A stretch of 62,508 bases of DNA, filler included, from Sphacelaria rigidula (GCA_964200075.2; 8 parts of 8 records of this genome joined end to end with filler, not necessarily neighbours in it); one strand, 5' to 3'. Positions 1 through 13,132 are shown, counted from the whole stretch's first letter. The notes: generated by a model not told the origin, from the sequence alone. A program made the numbers and translations.

Positions 1-57
1 AGGTCAATGGTCTGATGACTATGGCATGCATGATCATGAGTACACCCCCCTCCCCTC
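1..57 (+). mobile_element. Retroposon family A 3' end
   Basis: GGTCAATGGTCTGATGACTATGGCATGCATGATCATGAGTACAC + C-rich tail; shared with at least 6 other copies in the window. Confidence 0.65.
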
Positions 58-252
58 AATTGGCTGGTTTATGAAGCCAATATCTACACGCGAATGAAAG
101 TGGCAGTAGCCGAGCACACCGAGCAGCTCGGGACTCCCCCGCTTGGAATCGTTTTCACAAATGTCGCCCATATGAGGCGCTCGGTGCGGTCTGAAACCAG
201 CTATCACCCGCGATATGGACATGTTCTTCGTTACGGTTTCGGGGCTGGTCTG

Positions 253-405
253 AGGGAGGGTGTATTCATGATCTTGCATGCCATAGTCATAAGACCAATG
301 ACCCCGTGTGCCTACAAAGCCGGGACGGAGCACGCCGGGTATTTTCCGGACCACGCTCGCAATCGATCATCAAGCGCGAAGCGTTGTGATGTGTTCGTCG
401 AGTAG
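253..405 (-). mobile_element. Retroposon family A 3' end (about 150 nt)
   Basis: Reverse complement matches 52990-53160 and 54785-54950. Confidence 0.7.
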
Positions 406-582
406 CATGAAGGGTGAGCTGCACACTGCTGAGATTGTTCGACCGGAAGTGTACGGATTATCTTGCATATGGATGATAGCCTCCAATGAGTTGCTTCATC
501 TCTTGTTGCTTTTTGTGCACGCCAATCTAACCGAACAATGCGACATTGGATGCACGTCTCTCACGTCTTCTTGTTTGCCCAG

Positions 583-1344
583 GTATAGGTCTCGGCCACT
601 TGCCTCCTCTGCCGTACACGAAGAAGATTTTCAAGATGCTGGGCAGTCACTACCCGATGCGGTTAGGACATGTTCTGTTCGTCAATGCCGGCCCCGGTAT
701 GATGCTCTGCTGGCGAGTTTTGGCGCCGTTGCTGCAGAAGAGGACTAAGAAAAAAATGCGATTCGTGCCTTCATCGTGAGTGCCCCGTTGGCTGCCGCTC
801 GTCGCCTGTTGCCTGCGTGTGGGGGTGTCACGAGTTGTTGGGGATGGTATGATGCGCGAAGGTGTTGCTGCTGCGCGATGATTGTCTATTTGCTTTGAAA
901 ACATTTTGTTTTTTCCCTGTGTATTTTTCGCAACATATCTGGAGGCATTTGATCGTGACTGTTGTTCTGCACTTTTGTTTCAGAGTAGCATCTGTGGTGC
1001 GTTGTGAAAACTTGTGGGCAAAAGCTCTTGCTACACCTGTATGAAAATCCGAAAATACTTCACAATCAAGGGCTTGTTAACGAGCTGTTGCGTCGGCCAC
1101 ATGCAACTACTTTCACCTGGCAGTTGGGGTGTCTTCCATTCAGCCCCGCATGTAAGACCCACCTGACTGCGTTTTGTTTTTCTCTTGCGTCCATTTTCTT
1201 GTTGGTGTTGTGCTATTTTGCAGGCATCCCGAGGCCATCCACAAGTTCATCGACCCCCATCAACTCCTGGATTTCGTCGGCGGCAAATCCACGTTCGTCC
1301 TTGACCCGAGTGTGTATTTCTCCCACGATGCCGCCAGCTTGTAG
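583..1344 (+). CDS. CRAL-TRIO/Sec14-like lipid-binding protein, last two exons (583-775, 1224-1344)
   Basis: Spliced translation IGLGHLPPLPYTKKIFKMLGSHYPMRLGHVLFVNAGPGMMLCWRVLAPLLQKRTKKKMRFVPSS/HPEAIHKFIDPHQLLDFVGGKSTF...SL* fits the CRAL-TRIO C-terminal pattern (YP.RL..+.+VNAP...W..+.P+L...T..K+.F...+D..QL...+GG). Phase-2 GT-AG junction is consistent; TAG at 1342-1344. Confidence 0.85.
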
Positions 1345-3805
1345 ACACCTTCGACCTTTCGCTTGTGTAGGGTTTCCAGTGACGCCTTGCCGAGTCCGTC
1401 ACTGATTCGTATCAAGTACGGATCGCTTAGAACACTAGAAGTAGTGTGGGGCTCGTGATCACCGCAATCGCCCTGACGCGGTGACGCTCCTCTGGCCAAT
1501 TTTGTAGACTGTTTCGTTTTGGCGCGCTGTCATTACCCACCAGGCTGGCTGGTCCTGGCGGGATCGGGGGTCGAAGCGTTTACGCTACTGTACTGTAAGA
1601 TGAACGTGTTTTGTGCCCATCTTGACTCGGACCAGGAGCCGAGATTTGATAAAATCAGCGCAATCGCGCATGATCTCGCCTTGCAACGCTTGCTTGGCCG
1701 ACCAGAGTCGTTCAGTGTGGCAATAATGCTATACCGCAGGTGATGGCGGGTATTGTACTACTCTAGGGTGATATATTTTAAACACCCAATTTCGTCGATG
1801 CCTGGATAGGCCACCGCGCCGTAAGTTGTGTCGCTCGGACTCCTCGAGACATTCGGGGTCGGACAACTTTTGACTTCGTTGTGTGTGTTTTGTCATCCTC
1901 CGTTGTCAGCTACGGTAGGCTCTTCAACGCTAGGGGAGAACGGATACCATGATCGATGTATCTAGCGCGAGGTATTACCCCTTAGAGCGCCAGGGTGGAT
2001 AATCTGTCGAATCGGCACCATTTCCAGTCGAAAAATCGGATAAGACCCAGATATCCCACCCTGACGGACGCAAACGCAACGTTGAAAATAAGCGGAGAAG
2101 CCAAGAGAGTTGTTCGGTTTTTTCATCACCGTCTGAACACAACAAGGCGAGTACAATCCGGAGGCAACAGACAAGGTCTTGTTGACGTGCACAGGACGAT
2201 TTATCTGCTTTTTTTATTCCCGTAACATTCAACGCAAACGTTGTAACTTCGCCATGTACTGGCCCTACTGATGGGCACAAGCGGGGTCCAACAACACGAA
2301 AAAAACAGTTGCTCAGCCCAGTCAGAGAGAGAGAGAGAGAGAGGTGCCCACAGATTTTCGTTGACCAAGGAATCTCTGACCTCGAGATTCACTAATCCAA
2401 TTATCTCTGAGTCACGGTATCCGTAGTCTACGGTAAGATTCCTCCGCAAAAAAGGTGACGTCGTGTCTATGGGTGATCTTGCCTGTCAACCAAGGATTTT
2501 CGACCAATCAGATCCCTGCTTCAAAGTTGGTCCATAGAGAAATCGCGGGTGCTTCCCCTCCTCTACAGTGCATTCTGGACAAATACAAAAATCCATACAA
2601 AACAGCACAGTACCACCACATAGCATGACGCAGATACTGCGAGGCCTAATCGCACACTCGGAAGCCAAGCAGATCGTAGATCGTAAGAATACACCCATTT
2701 ACACCCGTGGACATGCTATGCTCCTGTAAAGAGACAGATCTTCTACCGAAACGCTTGCTTAAACTTTGAGGCACGAAAGAAAGTTACAAGAGATACAACA
2801 TATTCGACAGAAAGATAAACGAAAGCTTTTTGTATATTGAAGCTTCGTTTCCCCCCCAAATGTAGAGTAATAATGGTTGATGCCACTGCATGCCCGCCTG
2901 GTGCTTAGGGACCGTTGATGCTTCTTTCTAGGTGGCACCTCAAGCACCGTCCTGTCGGAAAAGAAAATAGAGATAAGAAAAAAAACAAGTCGAAACAGTA
3001 CAAAAGTAAAGTCCCACCGTACACCCACCCACTCACCCTCGAACACGTTCACAAAATGCAGAGTGCCTGTGCAAATAAGCATCACACCGAATCACATCCA
3101 GCATGCGCTGTATTTGTAAATGTGTGTATACTCCTCTGCACGCAGAGTACCAGCACACAAAGCGCAAATAGTAAAGTCCAAAATTCCCATCGCAGATTAC
3201 GGTCACGATGGAAACTCTGGCCAATCGGCGGAAGAGTAGCGCAAGGTCTCTCTCTCCCTCCTGCAGTACGTTTTCTCGTTTCGATAACAGTCAAACTACA
3301 TGGTCTTCCCAGATAAAACAAGCCGAGATTTGACCCTAACACGCATATTCCCCACGAAAAGCCATGTACCATTCCTCCCTCCTCCTAACAGTAAGTAAGC
3401 CCAGGCGCACACACTTCCTACACACAATATTTTTATTTTTCCAACATAGTTATCTCACAACAACATGAAAAGAAAAAAAAATGTTCTCTACATTGTTTCA
3501 TGGTTTCGTCTTCTCTGCATGTCAATAAAAAACAAGAACACCCGTGAAAGAAGACTCCCTCACACAAGAATTCCACCGGGAGGCTGAAGACAACATGTGT
3601 AGCAAGCCAGGAGGGACAGCTTCTCGTCCACGACTAACAGCGACGACGATCAACAAAACCCCCCAAGAGGCACGCAAGTACTGACTGGTTGACGGGCAAC
3701 GACACGCGACGGAACTGCGATCGTGTTCTGTCATACCCCAAAGAGACTCCCGAATGAAAGAACGCTGAACATACTCCATGCCACACGGGCTCATAACATT
3801 TCCTT

Positions 3806-4080
3806 CGTGAGATTGAGAGAGGATACGATTGAGAGTGAAGAACGGTCAGTCAGTGAATGAATCGTTTCAGTTCCGAAATGCCCTTCCACGAGGCCCGATA
3901 CGCTTCTGTAGTAGCTTGCCACTGGGGCCCTTGGTATCCCTCAAGTAGGATATCGACGTGTAGCTGTGAGCACACGCTAGTGATGGAAGCAAAGAAAAGC
4001 ACACACGGAATGAAAAATTGGCTAAGTTGAAGCGAATGATCAGAGCTACTCTCAATCAGCGTTCTACTCGAAATCTCACA
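3806..4080. mobile_element. MITE of about 270 bp
   Basis: Ends CGTGAGATTGAGAG..AAATCTCAC; homologous over its full length, inverted, to 24423-24684. Confidence 0.75.
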
Positions 4081-4455
4081 AAGACGTTTTTTCATCCCGC
4101 TTCAAGGTCTCGGGACAAGTCGTCGGATCTCACCAGGACAGATCGATCGCGTGAGATTCAGAGAAACAGAAAAAATATTTGTCGAGAAGCAAGGACCCTA
4201 CAAACAAGCATGCTGACACCTGAGTCGCATACATGGCCAAATCTCGTGGAACTACTGACCCGATGCTTCACTGGCTACACTGCGTGCTTCACCAATTCTA
4301 ATGTTACTCCATGGCTTGACGGGTGATCAGGTAGGTGCCTCCACAACAGCTCTCCATGTATGCCAGGCACCGATGAAATCAATTGATCTCTACAGTCCAG
4401 CATATTTTATTCGCAATCATAGTAAAATTCACAGAAACAAATGGATGAAACCCAG

Positions 4456-4487
<32 letters not shown>

Positions 4488-4612
4488 CCCCACCCACCCC
4501 CCCCCCCCACCACCCTCCACCACCCCCCACANNNNNNNNNNATATTATTCCTCACCTATAGACACCCCACACAACCAACCCGGAGCACACCCCCCCCCCC
4601 CCCCCCCCCCCC

Positions 4613-4680
4613 GCGAGGTCAACGGTCTTATGACTACGGCATGCATGATCATGAGTACACCCCCCCGTCCTCCCCCCCAC
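4613..4680 (+). mobile_element. Retroposon family A 3' end embedded in poly(C)
   Basis: C-run of more than 20 nt upstream, GCGAGGTCAACGGTCTTATGACTACGGCATGCATGATCATGAGTACAC, C-run downstream. Confidence 0.7.
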
Positions 4681-5225
4681 AAAGCACTTCACAAACATGA
4701 CTACTGATGAACACAAAATGGATCTTCCGCCGACCAGCGAGTGTAAAGTATCACCCTAGGACCGAAAAACACTCGAGGTCGAAAAAACCAATCATCGTCA
4801 TGGATCTATCTCATCACCCTGAACTCAAACACGAAACACACGAACCAAAATCACCCACAACAGTAATGCACCACAACGGACAAAGGCACCGACACAAAAC
4901 TCACGCCGATACACGAGAACAAACATGAAAATAACAAGAGAGAGGGCGCACACGTTATCGATAAAGTCGAAATAATGTCTCCCGAAAAATTTCCGACATT
5001 ATTCCTCGAGAAACCTTGCCGCAAAATATGTATAATTCGAACATAAAGCCTATCCATGGTGGAGCGCTACCCACCCAAAGATCGTCAACAAGTCCAAGAA
5101 TGACCAAGGGCTTCCCATCACCATCAATAATTGTTTTTGCTCGCGACAAAAAACAGCGCGGCCAACCGGAAATCCGCGTACCCTTTCCCGCCCTCACTCC
5201 GTCTACTAATAAATACAACATGTAC

Positions 5226-6676
5226 TCAATACAACATGGCGTTCAGCTGAGGATCTTCCCTATTTGGATCAAAAGAAAACGGATGTTTCATCAAGGGAAC
5301 ACTCTGTGGCGGCGGGTCATCCGCAAGATCCTCCTCCCTGCCTTCTCCACTATCCCCTGCCCCTGACGACACACCCCTCTCTCCTCCAGCATCGTTGCCC
5401 CCTTCAGACTTCATCCCCTCATGAGACATATAGCCTCGCCCGTACGACCCCGGTGCCGCCCCGGGTAGAAGCGACAGCCCACCCGCCCCGACCGGTTCAG
5501 AGACATGCCCCCTCCTTGGCATGGGGGTACCTGCGGGCATGGGGCCTAGCACCAGCTCGTTGGGAGTGCTGCTGGCATCACCGCGAGGGCTGCGTCCACC
5601 GTTGCCTGCCCCTGTGCCAGGTCGTACACCACCAGAGGGACGCTCGTGCATTAGAGGAGCTCGGTCCGTAGCAGGGGAGGCAGCGGCCGCTGCCGTGACT
5701 GTGCCAGTGCGTTGGATGGAATTCGGGTTGGTGCCCAGGTAGCGCACTCGTTCCACCCAGTCGCTGCTGTCACTGCTGCACACGGTGTTGGTCTCAGGGC
5801 GGGAGACGAGGATGGGGGATGACACTGGGGAAGGGAGTGGCCACCGTGAGGGCACGCTGTTGGCGCGGTTGATATTAATCGCGTTTTCGACGCTCCTGTT
5901 TATCCGCGCGCGTCGGGAGGGAGGGGCAAGGCAAGAGGTCAGCTGGTGATTTACGTGTTGCAGTATGTAGCGGTATGCACAGGAACGTGTTTTCAAAACG
6001 TGTTCATAAAGGTATGCATGGATAACCACCATCCGATTGTTCTGTTGCCATCCTCTCAACCCCGCTACCTCGGGATGAGTCAGTAGTTTCGAGAGATGAT
6101 ACCCGCTGGATATACTCATATGGTGTGTAGGGTATTACTTCCGTATCGTAGTGCTTTACACCATCAGCCATATATACGGCAGCCAGAGGGCGCGGGGGTC
6201 AGATTTTGAGAGGAACCATTCAACGAACCGGCATGTACACAAATCCGAACATGGTGCGCGAAGCTCGTCCAGTCATTTTACAGAGCCGAAATTCAGCAGT
6301 CGTCCGCTGGTACACAGCATCAAGCGTTTTTGTCACCGAAAGCTGGTCGACTCGCGACAAAGCGCACAGCTTTTCATTCACCGACAAACAAGGCGAAAAA
6401 TCAAGATTTTACTTCAGTTTCCATGCCATCGTCTACAACGGCTGAGCTCTGGTCGTACTACATACCATACCTTGGCGGCTCCAGCAACGTGCCAATAGAG
6501 TTCGCACGCCTTGAGTCCGCTGTGGTCGCCTTCCACGTTCGGCTAGCCAACTCGGCGCGTGAAAGAGCGTGTTTCGCCGATCGGCCTGGCGGTGGAGACA
6601 TGGACCGGCCTCGCGACCCTCTCTGGGTAGTAGAATGCCTCGAAGAGGGTGAAGCGTTGATTCCACCGTTGTTGGC
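5226..6676 (-). CDS. Unknown Ser/Gly/Pro-rich protein, last two exons (6676-6471, 5895-5226)
   Basis: Long GC-rich open frames; CCAAG|gtatgg donor and aaacag|G acceptor join in phase 2 (..LLEPPR SVENAINI..); stop at 5226-5228. No recognisable domain. Confidence 0.6.
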
Positions 6677-6908
6677 CTGCTCACAAGGGATATGTAAGAG
6701 ACGAGGGAGAGGTGGTGGATGCGGATATGACACGCGGTAGAGATCAAGTAACTGCAATAAATAGTATGAATAACAATTTGTTCACGGCGTTCAAGTCGAT
6801 AGAAAATGGGGGGCACCAGACAAAAGTCACGCGGTACGGAGGACCAAGCAGCGGCCCGTGCGCTCATGTGCGAGCATTGTCTGTGTCATTCCGAGTCATG
6901 TGCAGCGA

Positions 6909-6972
6909 CCAGTGTGTGTCAAAAACCAGTGCTTGTCAACAACCAGTGCGTGTCGACGACCAGTGTGTGTCA
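6909..6972 (+). repeat. 17-bp minisatellite, about 4 units (ACCAGTGYKTGTCRAMR)
   Basis: Direct inspection. Confidence 0.8.
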
Positions 6973-7020
6973 GTGTGTCAACAATACCGAAAGACGATCA
7001 GGCATTCCCCCCACAACACC

Positions 7021-7420
7021 TTCAACCCTTAGATCGCCGTGCGGGTGGTCCATCTGGATCGCGCATAGTTTTTCAAGTGAATCTTGATGCCGATTCAGCA
7101 GGTGACCTACAGGCTGGGCCAGCCTAGAGGCTGCATGAAAGTTTGCAGGCGGATGCGCCGGCCAATATTTGGAGTTAGACCCTGAAATCTCGTATGGATA
7201 ATGCATGAGGGATAATAAAAAATCTGGAAGAAGCACATGAAGGTTTTTTCTTTTTTTCGTAAGATAGGGGCGTTTTGCTAAAACCTGCAAACTGGTTAAT
7301 GCCTTCAACTCACGAAAAAAAAAAACTTCATGCGTTTCTTCCCGATTTTTTATCATGCTCTGTGCATTGTCCATACCAAATTTCAGGGTTCAACTCTAAA
7401 TATTGCCCAGTACATTCGCC
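7021..7420. mobile_element. Longer member of the piggyBac-like family with an internal inverted repeat of about 90 bp
   Basis: First 90 bp or so match the mini-elements; about 7163-7255 is inverted relative to about 7315-7405. Right end not identified. Confidence 0.5.
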
Positions 7421-7728
7421 TTTCAAGAATCGGATCGGTAGAACTTCGGAACAATATTTCGCAGGCCCACGTTTGGTTTTTATGTATTGAAAATTTGTGT
7501 GGGACCTCGACAGGGCTGTAGCCCAAAATGGTGCCAAGCCACTGCGTTTATCATGTAGGATACTGGATGATGATTATGTGATAGGGTACACTGTGGACGA
7601 TGACCCTCACCGTGTAGCCTTTGATATGGAGCCGGTGGGCTTCTGTTGTTTACTTCATGAATGGAAGCTTTAAGAGAAGTTCTTATCGAGCGTGAGGCCA
7701 GTGAATTCTGGAGAAGTCCCTCACTGAA

Positions 7729-7828
7729 NNNNNNNNNNNNNNNNNNNNNNNNNNNNNNNNNNNNNNNNNNNNTTAATTAATTAANNNNNNNNNNNNNNNN
7801 NNNNNNNNNNNNNNNNNNNNNNNNNNNN
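7729..7828. other. Artificial spacer N44-TTAATTAATTAA-N44; identical spacers at 15556-15655, 23383-23482, 31210-31309, 39035-39134, 46860-46959, 54685-54784
   Basis: Same 100-nt structure, stops in all six frames, spacing of 7825-7827 nt; genes are cut at the boundaries. Confidence 0.98.
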
Positions 7829-7913
7829 GATGCACAAACCCCCCCCCCATCCAACGAAAACCTTGTTAAACCCCCCCCCCCCCCCCCCGCACCGGGCCTT
7901 GAAGGCAAAACAC

Positions 7914-10900
7914 CTCGCCGGTTCGTCTCCTCCAAATCGTTCTTCAGGTGACTGACGCGTGCATGTTGCACAGCAAACCCGAACACACAAAGTACCGGGA
8001 CAACACGAAAAGCAATGCGTACAACTATGCGCCTCACCAAGGGCGCGGCCGCGAGGAGCGCCACCACAGACGCTGCCGCGTCGCTCCTCAACACCGTCTC
8101 GCCGACCTCTGCGTACAGCCAGCGTACACACACGCGAAGCAGAGACACAGCACACGCGGCACAAGCAAGGGGCCAAGAACTACGGCCATCACCTTCTCGC
8201 CGCGGGTACAGTGCGTGCCACAAAAAACGGATTTCTCGAGGTTTTCATGTTTTTCTCCCCTGGGATCGGTTGCAATATTAACCCGGTATCCACCTGTTGA
8301 ATTTTCTAGTGCTCGTTCTAAATCCCCAATTTACTCTGTTTGTCTTGTCCTTTCTGTTCTTATTCCCCCCTCCTCTTCTCTGGTCCGGCGAAAACCCGGC
8401 GTGCTCCGTCCCGGCTTTACAGGGATGCGAGGTCAGTGGGCCTTACAGATAGATAGGGAATGCAAGATCATGAGTACACCCTCTCCATCTCCCTCATCTC
8501 GAGCTTCTTTAAGCGAGCATTTCCGTTTCAGTTCCCAATTAGAATGAACGCCTGTAGTATGTTTGACCACGGCTGGATTCCTAGCCGATGACGTCATGCG
8601 CCGCACTCGACTAATACAGTCGATCAACGAGGTGGGGAGGGGACTACGCTGAAAAGGTCAACGATTCAGTGCGCGCGAGCAACCAAACAAAATTGTTGTT
8701 GCTGCATCGACCTCTCCACGCAAGCGATGCCCGGTAAGGTCATTTGCACACACACACACAAACACACACAAAACACGCTGGGTGAGCATAAACAAATGTG
8801 GAGGACGGGTAACACCGCACCCTGGATTATATACGATAGAAGCGTTGTAGTGGACAGTATCTCTAAGTTACGCGAAAATATCCCGTAAAAGTGATCGATA
8901 TATCACGGGACGGGAGAAGCACTACAACGAGAGACTGTCTACTGCCGACAGCGACCCTCTTTTCCTAAGGACATTTTACGGAACTTACCGGCATTTCTCG
9001 CGAACTCCGATTCACCCGCCTCTTGTTGTTGACGTCGCTCCCCGTTTACTACGGCTGCACGGAATGCGGCCACTATGAATAAGTTCGTTAGCGTAAGGAA
9101 GGATTCGGCTACGCCGTGCAGGTAGTCCACGTCCGCGAGTATCGCGTCGTACTGAACCTTGGCTAACAAAAACAAACATCAACAACATCAAAGATAAGGA
9201 GAGACAAGCGGAGATTATTAGAGTGCATTGAATGAGCAGTACAACAACAACAACAACAACAACAACGACGACAAGAGGCAAGCTGATACAATTGAAGCAG
9301 GTCGGACGGTTTAAGCGTTGCATGTCTGTTTATTTGACGAGGATTAGAGAGGCAGGACGGACAACTGAAACAAGAGACGAAGACGATAAAATCTTGAGCA
9401 CGGCGGGCGTTGACCGTGAACCAAGTTCGCGTTGGTTCCCACCAGTACCGCGCTGAATCACTGCGTGAAGCTTCATCTGTTGGAGCCTACGACCCTCACT
9501 ATTCTCACAGGTCGAGTACCAGTTTTCCAACCGAACATCAGAAACAGATCTTGAGGCTAGCGAAGCCGGGCGAGCGACCACTCTCTTATCCACCACCACA
9601 CGGCCTTCGATACCTCTTCAGTGATTCATATAGGTTAGGTTGGGAATGGTGTGGTATCGACCAACACGGAATGCTCGCATTGGCTCCTGCGGGCCGTTAC
9701 GCAATCACTCACAAATGATACCGGACGGCATGGGAGTAGGCAGCGACAATCAGTGCAGGATGTACTCACACACCAGCTAAGCAGCAATTTTTAATCTTGT
9801 TGAACCTCGTGCATTCTCCGCATGCACAAACTCGTTTGGATCATTGGCAATTCGTTTGGATTATTGCACACCTTGGACAATATATGGTCAATAGTTGCAA
9901 TAGACAAGTAACGTACTGCATAAAGTACAGGCCTATTGCNNNNNNNNNNAATAGGCCTGTACTTTATGCAGTATACTTCTCGTCTATTGCATCTCTTGAC
10001 CAAATATTATCCAGGGTGTAGATTATTGACAGCGCAGAAGATAACGGTGTAAAACACCCCCCTTCACCAACTGTTTCAACGTGGTGTGCCCGGTTTCACA
10101 TAAGTTGTTCTGCTGACACAAGAGATCTTGCGAAGGCAGAGCTGGACCGTTCTGTTCTACGGACAAAAATTGATGGGGTTCAACCCTTTGACGGCGAGAG
10201 TAGGTCATCTGTCAAATCAGCATCAATATCAATTCAAAAAGATATGCATGGTCAAGATGGACTACCCTCGCAGCCAGGGGGTTAAAGTGTGGGCGCCACC
10301 GTTGCAGATAAAGTTCGATATATTGCAAGTGTTAGGGTAGGGAGTGAACTACTTCGTCATATGTTGTACACCGTGCAGTCGTGCCTACAGCCTGTTGAAT
10401 GCAGCCACGGGGCCACGGCGCACAGCGTACATTCACGTATTTATCCTGGAACCCACGAATATATTGTACAGAGGGATAACGTATAGTGCTGGTGCGATGT
10501 TGCTGTGTATATCTGCACAGCCTGTGCGTTGGTGTAGGTGATTCGACATGCAACGGCATACAGCTACAGCTTTTGGCGTCCATCTTGTCGCTGGTCTTCG
10601 GTTGTGCGACATGTGTACTGTGTACAACCATAGGCAAGCTAAGAGGTGCGTACTGTGATGCTGTGCTGGTGCTACCTATCTGCGCACAGCTGGTATCACA
10701 TGGTCACAGTCTCCAGAGCGCTGTTGTATGGCAATGCGCTATTTTTCCTGCATGATATCGATGCAACTGCTTGTGCAAGACGGTACCGAACGATTGCATC
10801 GAGCATTATTGCGTCGAATCGAGTTCCGTGGGTGCCCCGCGCGGGGTTTTCAAGGTGGTACAGGCATGGAGTTGAATCGAAGGGCGGGAAAACACCCACC

Positions 10901-11844
10901 CTCCTACGCCAAAATGATTTTACAGCGTATCCGTGTATCAGAGAGTGCCGCCACGTTGGCCGACCTTACGCTCAACCCTTCGATATCGATGCGACGACCT
11001 CAATGCGTAACACAAAACCGAAGACGCAAAAGTAAAGACCAACACGGGATATACCACCCCGATGTATGTTACATATGTGGCGCGAAGTACACTCTACACG
11101 GGCCGAAGCACTGAAACACTCACCTATAATTCCCGCAGGGATGGTAGCCGCGACGAAAACCAACAAGAAGGCGAAGCCGAAGAACCCTCCCTCGGGGGTC
11201 TTAGTCTCGGGCCGTTTTAAACACCACAGAAACGCGAGGTACGGCAACAGTGATGCCTGAAAAAGATCCGCCGCCAGATCGCTGGTCAGAGAAGTTACCG
11301 ACCAGGCCGAAACGCCTTCCGCGGATGCGGAGGTCGCCGAAGCCGCTGCCAACTCCGCAACCCCGGGGTCGAACATGTGCAGCTTTGAGGGCGAACGACC
11401 GCGGTCATAATCGCGTGATATCGACCCTTCGTGGTGACGGAAAACGGGGGAGGTAGCGCCGGCTACCAGCGGCAGCGCATGTCGTGGTTCTTGCGCAACA
11501 TTCGCGAGTCCGTTTGATGTTCGGCTGTTGTGTGCGCTGCGTACGGGCGTTGAGGGGGGGACGAAAGCGACTGTACATTGTGGTTGCAGCGCTACCCAAG
11601 GGGCTGCGACACACCCTGTGCGAAGGGGGATGGCAAGAGGTCGGGCGCGGGCATTTGTCGGAGGGAAGGCCTGTGTTGGATGCCGAAAGCTGTCAAGATC
11701 ATAAATCACCCCCGTCACGGAACGGATCCGTGAAAAGTGGTCATGTGGCGGACCGAGCACTGTTCTCAACTGTGATGAAGCATCGCTATGGTTTATTGGC
11801 CTCACTAACTTTGCCAAGGGTGGCGCGGGGGTCGGGGTGTTCAT
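7914..11844 (-). CDS. DUF3593 (probably DUF3593+DUF2499/Ycf49-like) membrane protein, 5' exons 11844-11124, 9162-8989, 8108-8038, 7951-7914
   Basis: Spliced sequence LFQASLLPYLAFLWCL..FFGFAFLLVFVAATIPAGIIA/KVQYDAILADVDYLHGVAESFLTLTNLFIVAAFR matches the DUF3593 consensus (PAGI.AK..Y...LA.VD.LHG.AE.FLTL.N). Junction phases 1,1,0 are consistent. The last small exon ends in GGDEPA, like the start of DUF2499. Start codon and last exon are less certain. Confidence 0.85.
8379..8495 (+). mobile_element. Retroposon family A 3' end
   Basis: CTGGTCCGGCGAAAACCCGGCGTGCTCCGTCCCGGCTTTACAGGGATGCGAGGTCA..GATCATGAGTACACCCTCTCC. Confidence 0.7.
9867..10020. repeat. Palindromic MITE-like repeat with an N gap at its centre
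   Basis: Arms of about 70 bp, CACACCTTGGACAATAT..GGCCTATT / AATAGGCC..ATATTATCCAGGGTGTA; a related half at about 43270-43340. Confidence 0.65.
10179..10286. mobile_element. piggyBac-like mini-element of about 105 bp
   Basis: TCAA-CCC..GGG-TTAA ends; inverted homologue at 19983-20088; left-end homologue at 7021. Confidence 0.6.
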
Positions 11845-12982
11845 GGTTGTGCGTTTCTGGACGTTTCGAGAAAATAAAGTTGCCGCTGTGGTTTTGGATT
11901 TGGCTACTGAAGCTACTCGAAGTTGTACGTATCCATCTGCTGAATTGCGACAGTCGTCGATTGATAAATGCATGCTGAACATCACTGTCCATCTGCGGGT
12001 GCTCGAGGTTTAAGATACAGCTTGTTACCGTGGAGACAACCGTCTGACAGTACCACACCTTCGCCATAAATAACATGATGTTGATGCTGATATTCCTGAA
12101 GTGTACGATACCAACAAGCAGCGCAACCTCCGGACAACATGTTTAGAGTACGAACTCGGTACAAAGAACGTTGAAGGGATCGACACATGATACTCTCAGC
12201 ATACAACAGCCGGTAAGTACGGAATCGCTACTTGCTTGCAACATTAGCTACACGCGGCAGCTATACATACTGTACAGAAGAGGAGTAGATAGCAAGACAC
12301 GCCCATTTCGACGTGCGCACTGTCCTATTGTGTACCAATACAACTCTTGAATGTACTGTTCTGCACTCTTGAGCTATACTGCTGCTGTGCTGGCTACTTG
12401 TAGCTGTTGTGCTGACTTTGCTATACCGAGCGGTGCAACTGACAGCTCTACGTTTTTCTGCGTAATCGATCATGAGTGCAATGCTTTGGCTGAAATACAC
12501 TAAATAACTTTTGTGATTTCTAGCACTCACAGCATAGCAGATATTTTTTTCTCCAGCGCCTCGCCACCATGATCTCAGCCGAAATAACCGTGGCTGAAGG
12601 TTACAGTTGATGGCACGTGCCCATCACATTGCATTGATCCGCTTGCCAAAGTGCACAGAAATGGAAAATGACTCCACTCAAATGTTCCTACGAGTAGGTT
12701 GAAAAACTACATCAAGTGGGAAAAGCATGCTGCTGGGAGCAGTAGAGTGACTCACCCCCCGAACTTTGCGGAGTTCTCATCAGCTAATTTTTGTTTACGG
12801 GAATGAACGGGATACGGTTTTCATGCGATACGCAGCAAAGGCAATCAGCACGGGACAGCGGTACGGAGATGGCTGTATGACATTAATCTAGTGTGGTGAT
12901 GAGAAAAGGGGTATAATTCAGGAGGACACAAGATCAGCACCTCTCGGAGGACGGCGGGAGCATATAACGCCGCAGTGCTGCC

Positions 12983-13132
12983 ATGGCTGCGACAACCAAT
13001 GGTGTCAGCCTCCTATCGACGACGGTACCGATGGTTCCGGTGGTCGACGGGCTGTCGGTGAAGGAAAAAATCACGCTGGAGACCACTATGGCTGCCATGA
13101 AGAAGCTGGATGCGCGAGACAAGGCTACAAAG
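12983..13132 (+). CDS. Putative first exon of an unknown gene, divergent from the DUF3593 gene
   Basis: GCCATGG start context, coding-like composition (MAATTNGVSLL..KKLDARDKATK), AAG|gtgttc possible donor. No downstream exon confirmed. Confidence 0.4.

Noticed and set aside
4455..4612. Poly-proline ORFs from C-runs
   Set aside because: Low-complexity sequence beside an N gap; not coding and possibly low quality.
6909..6972. CRISPR-like array
   Set aside because: Repeats are contiguous with no unique spacers; eukaryotic context and no cas genes.
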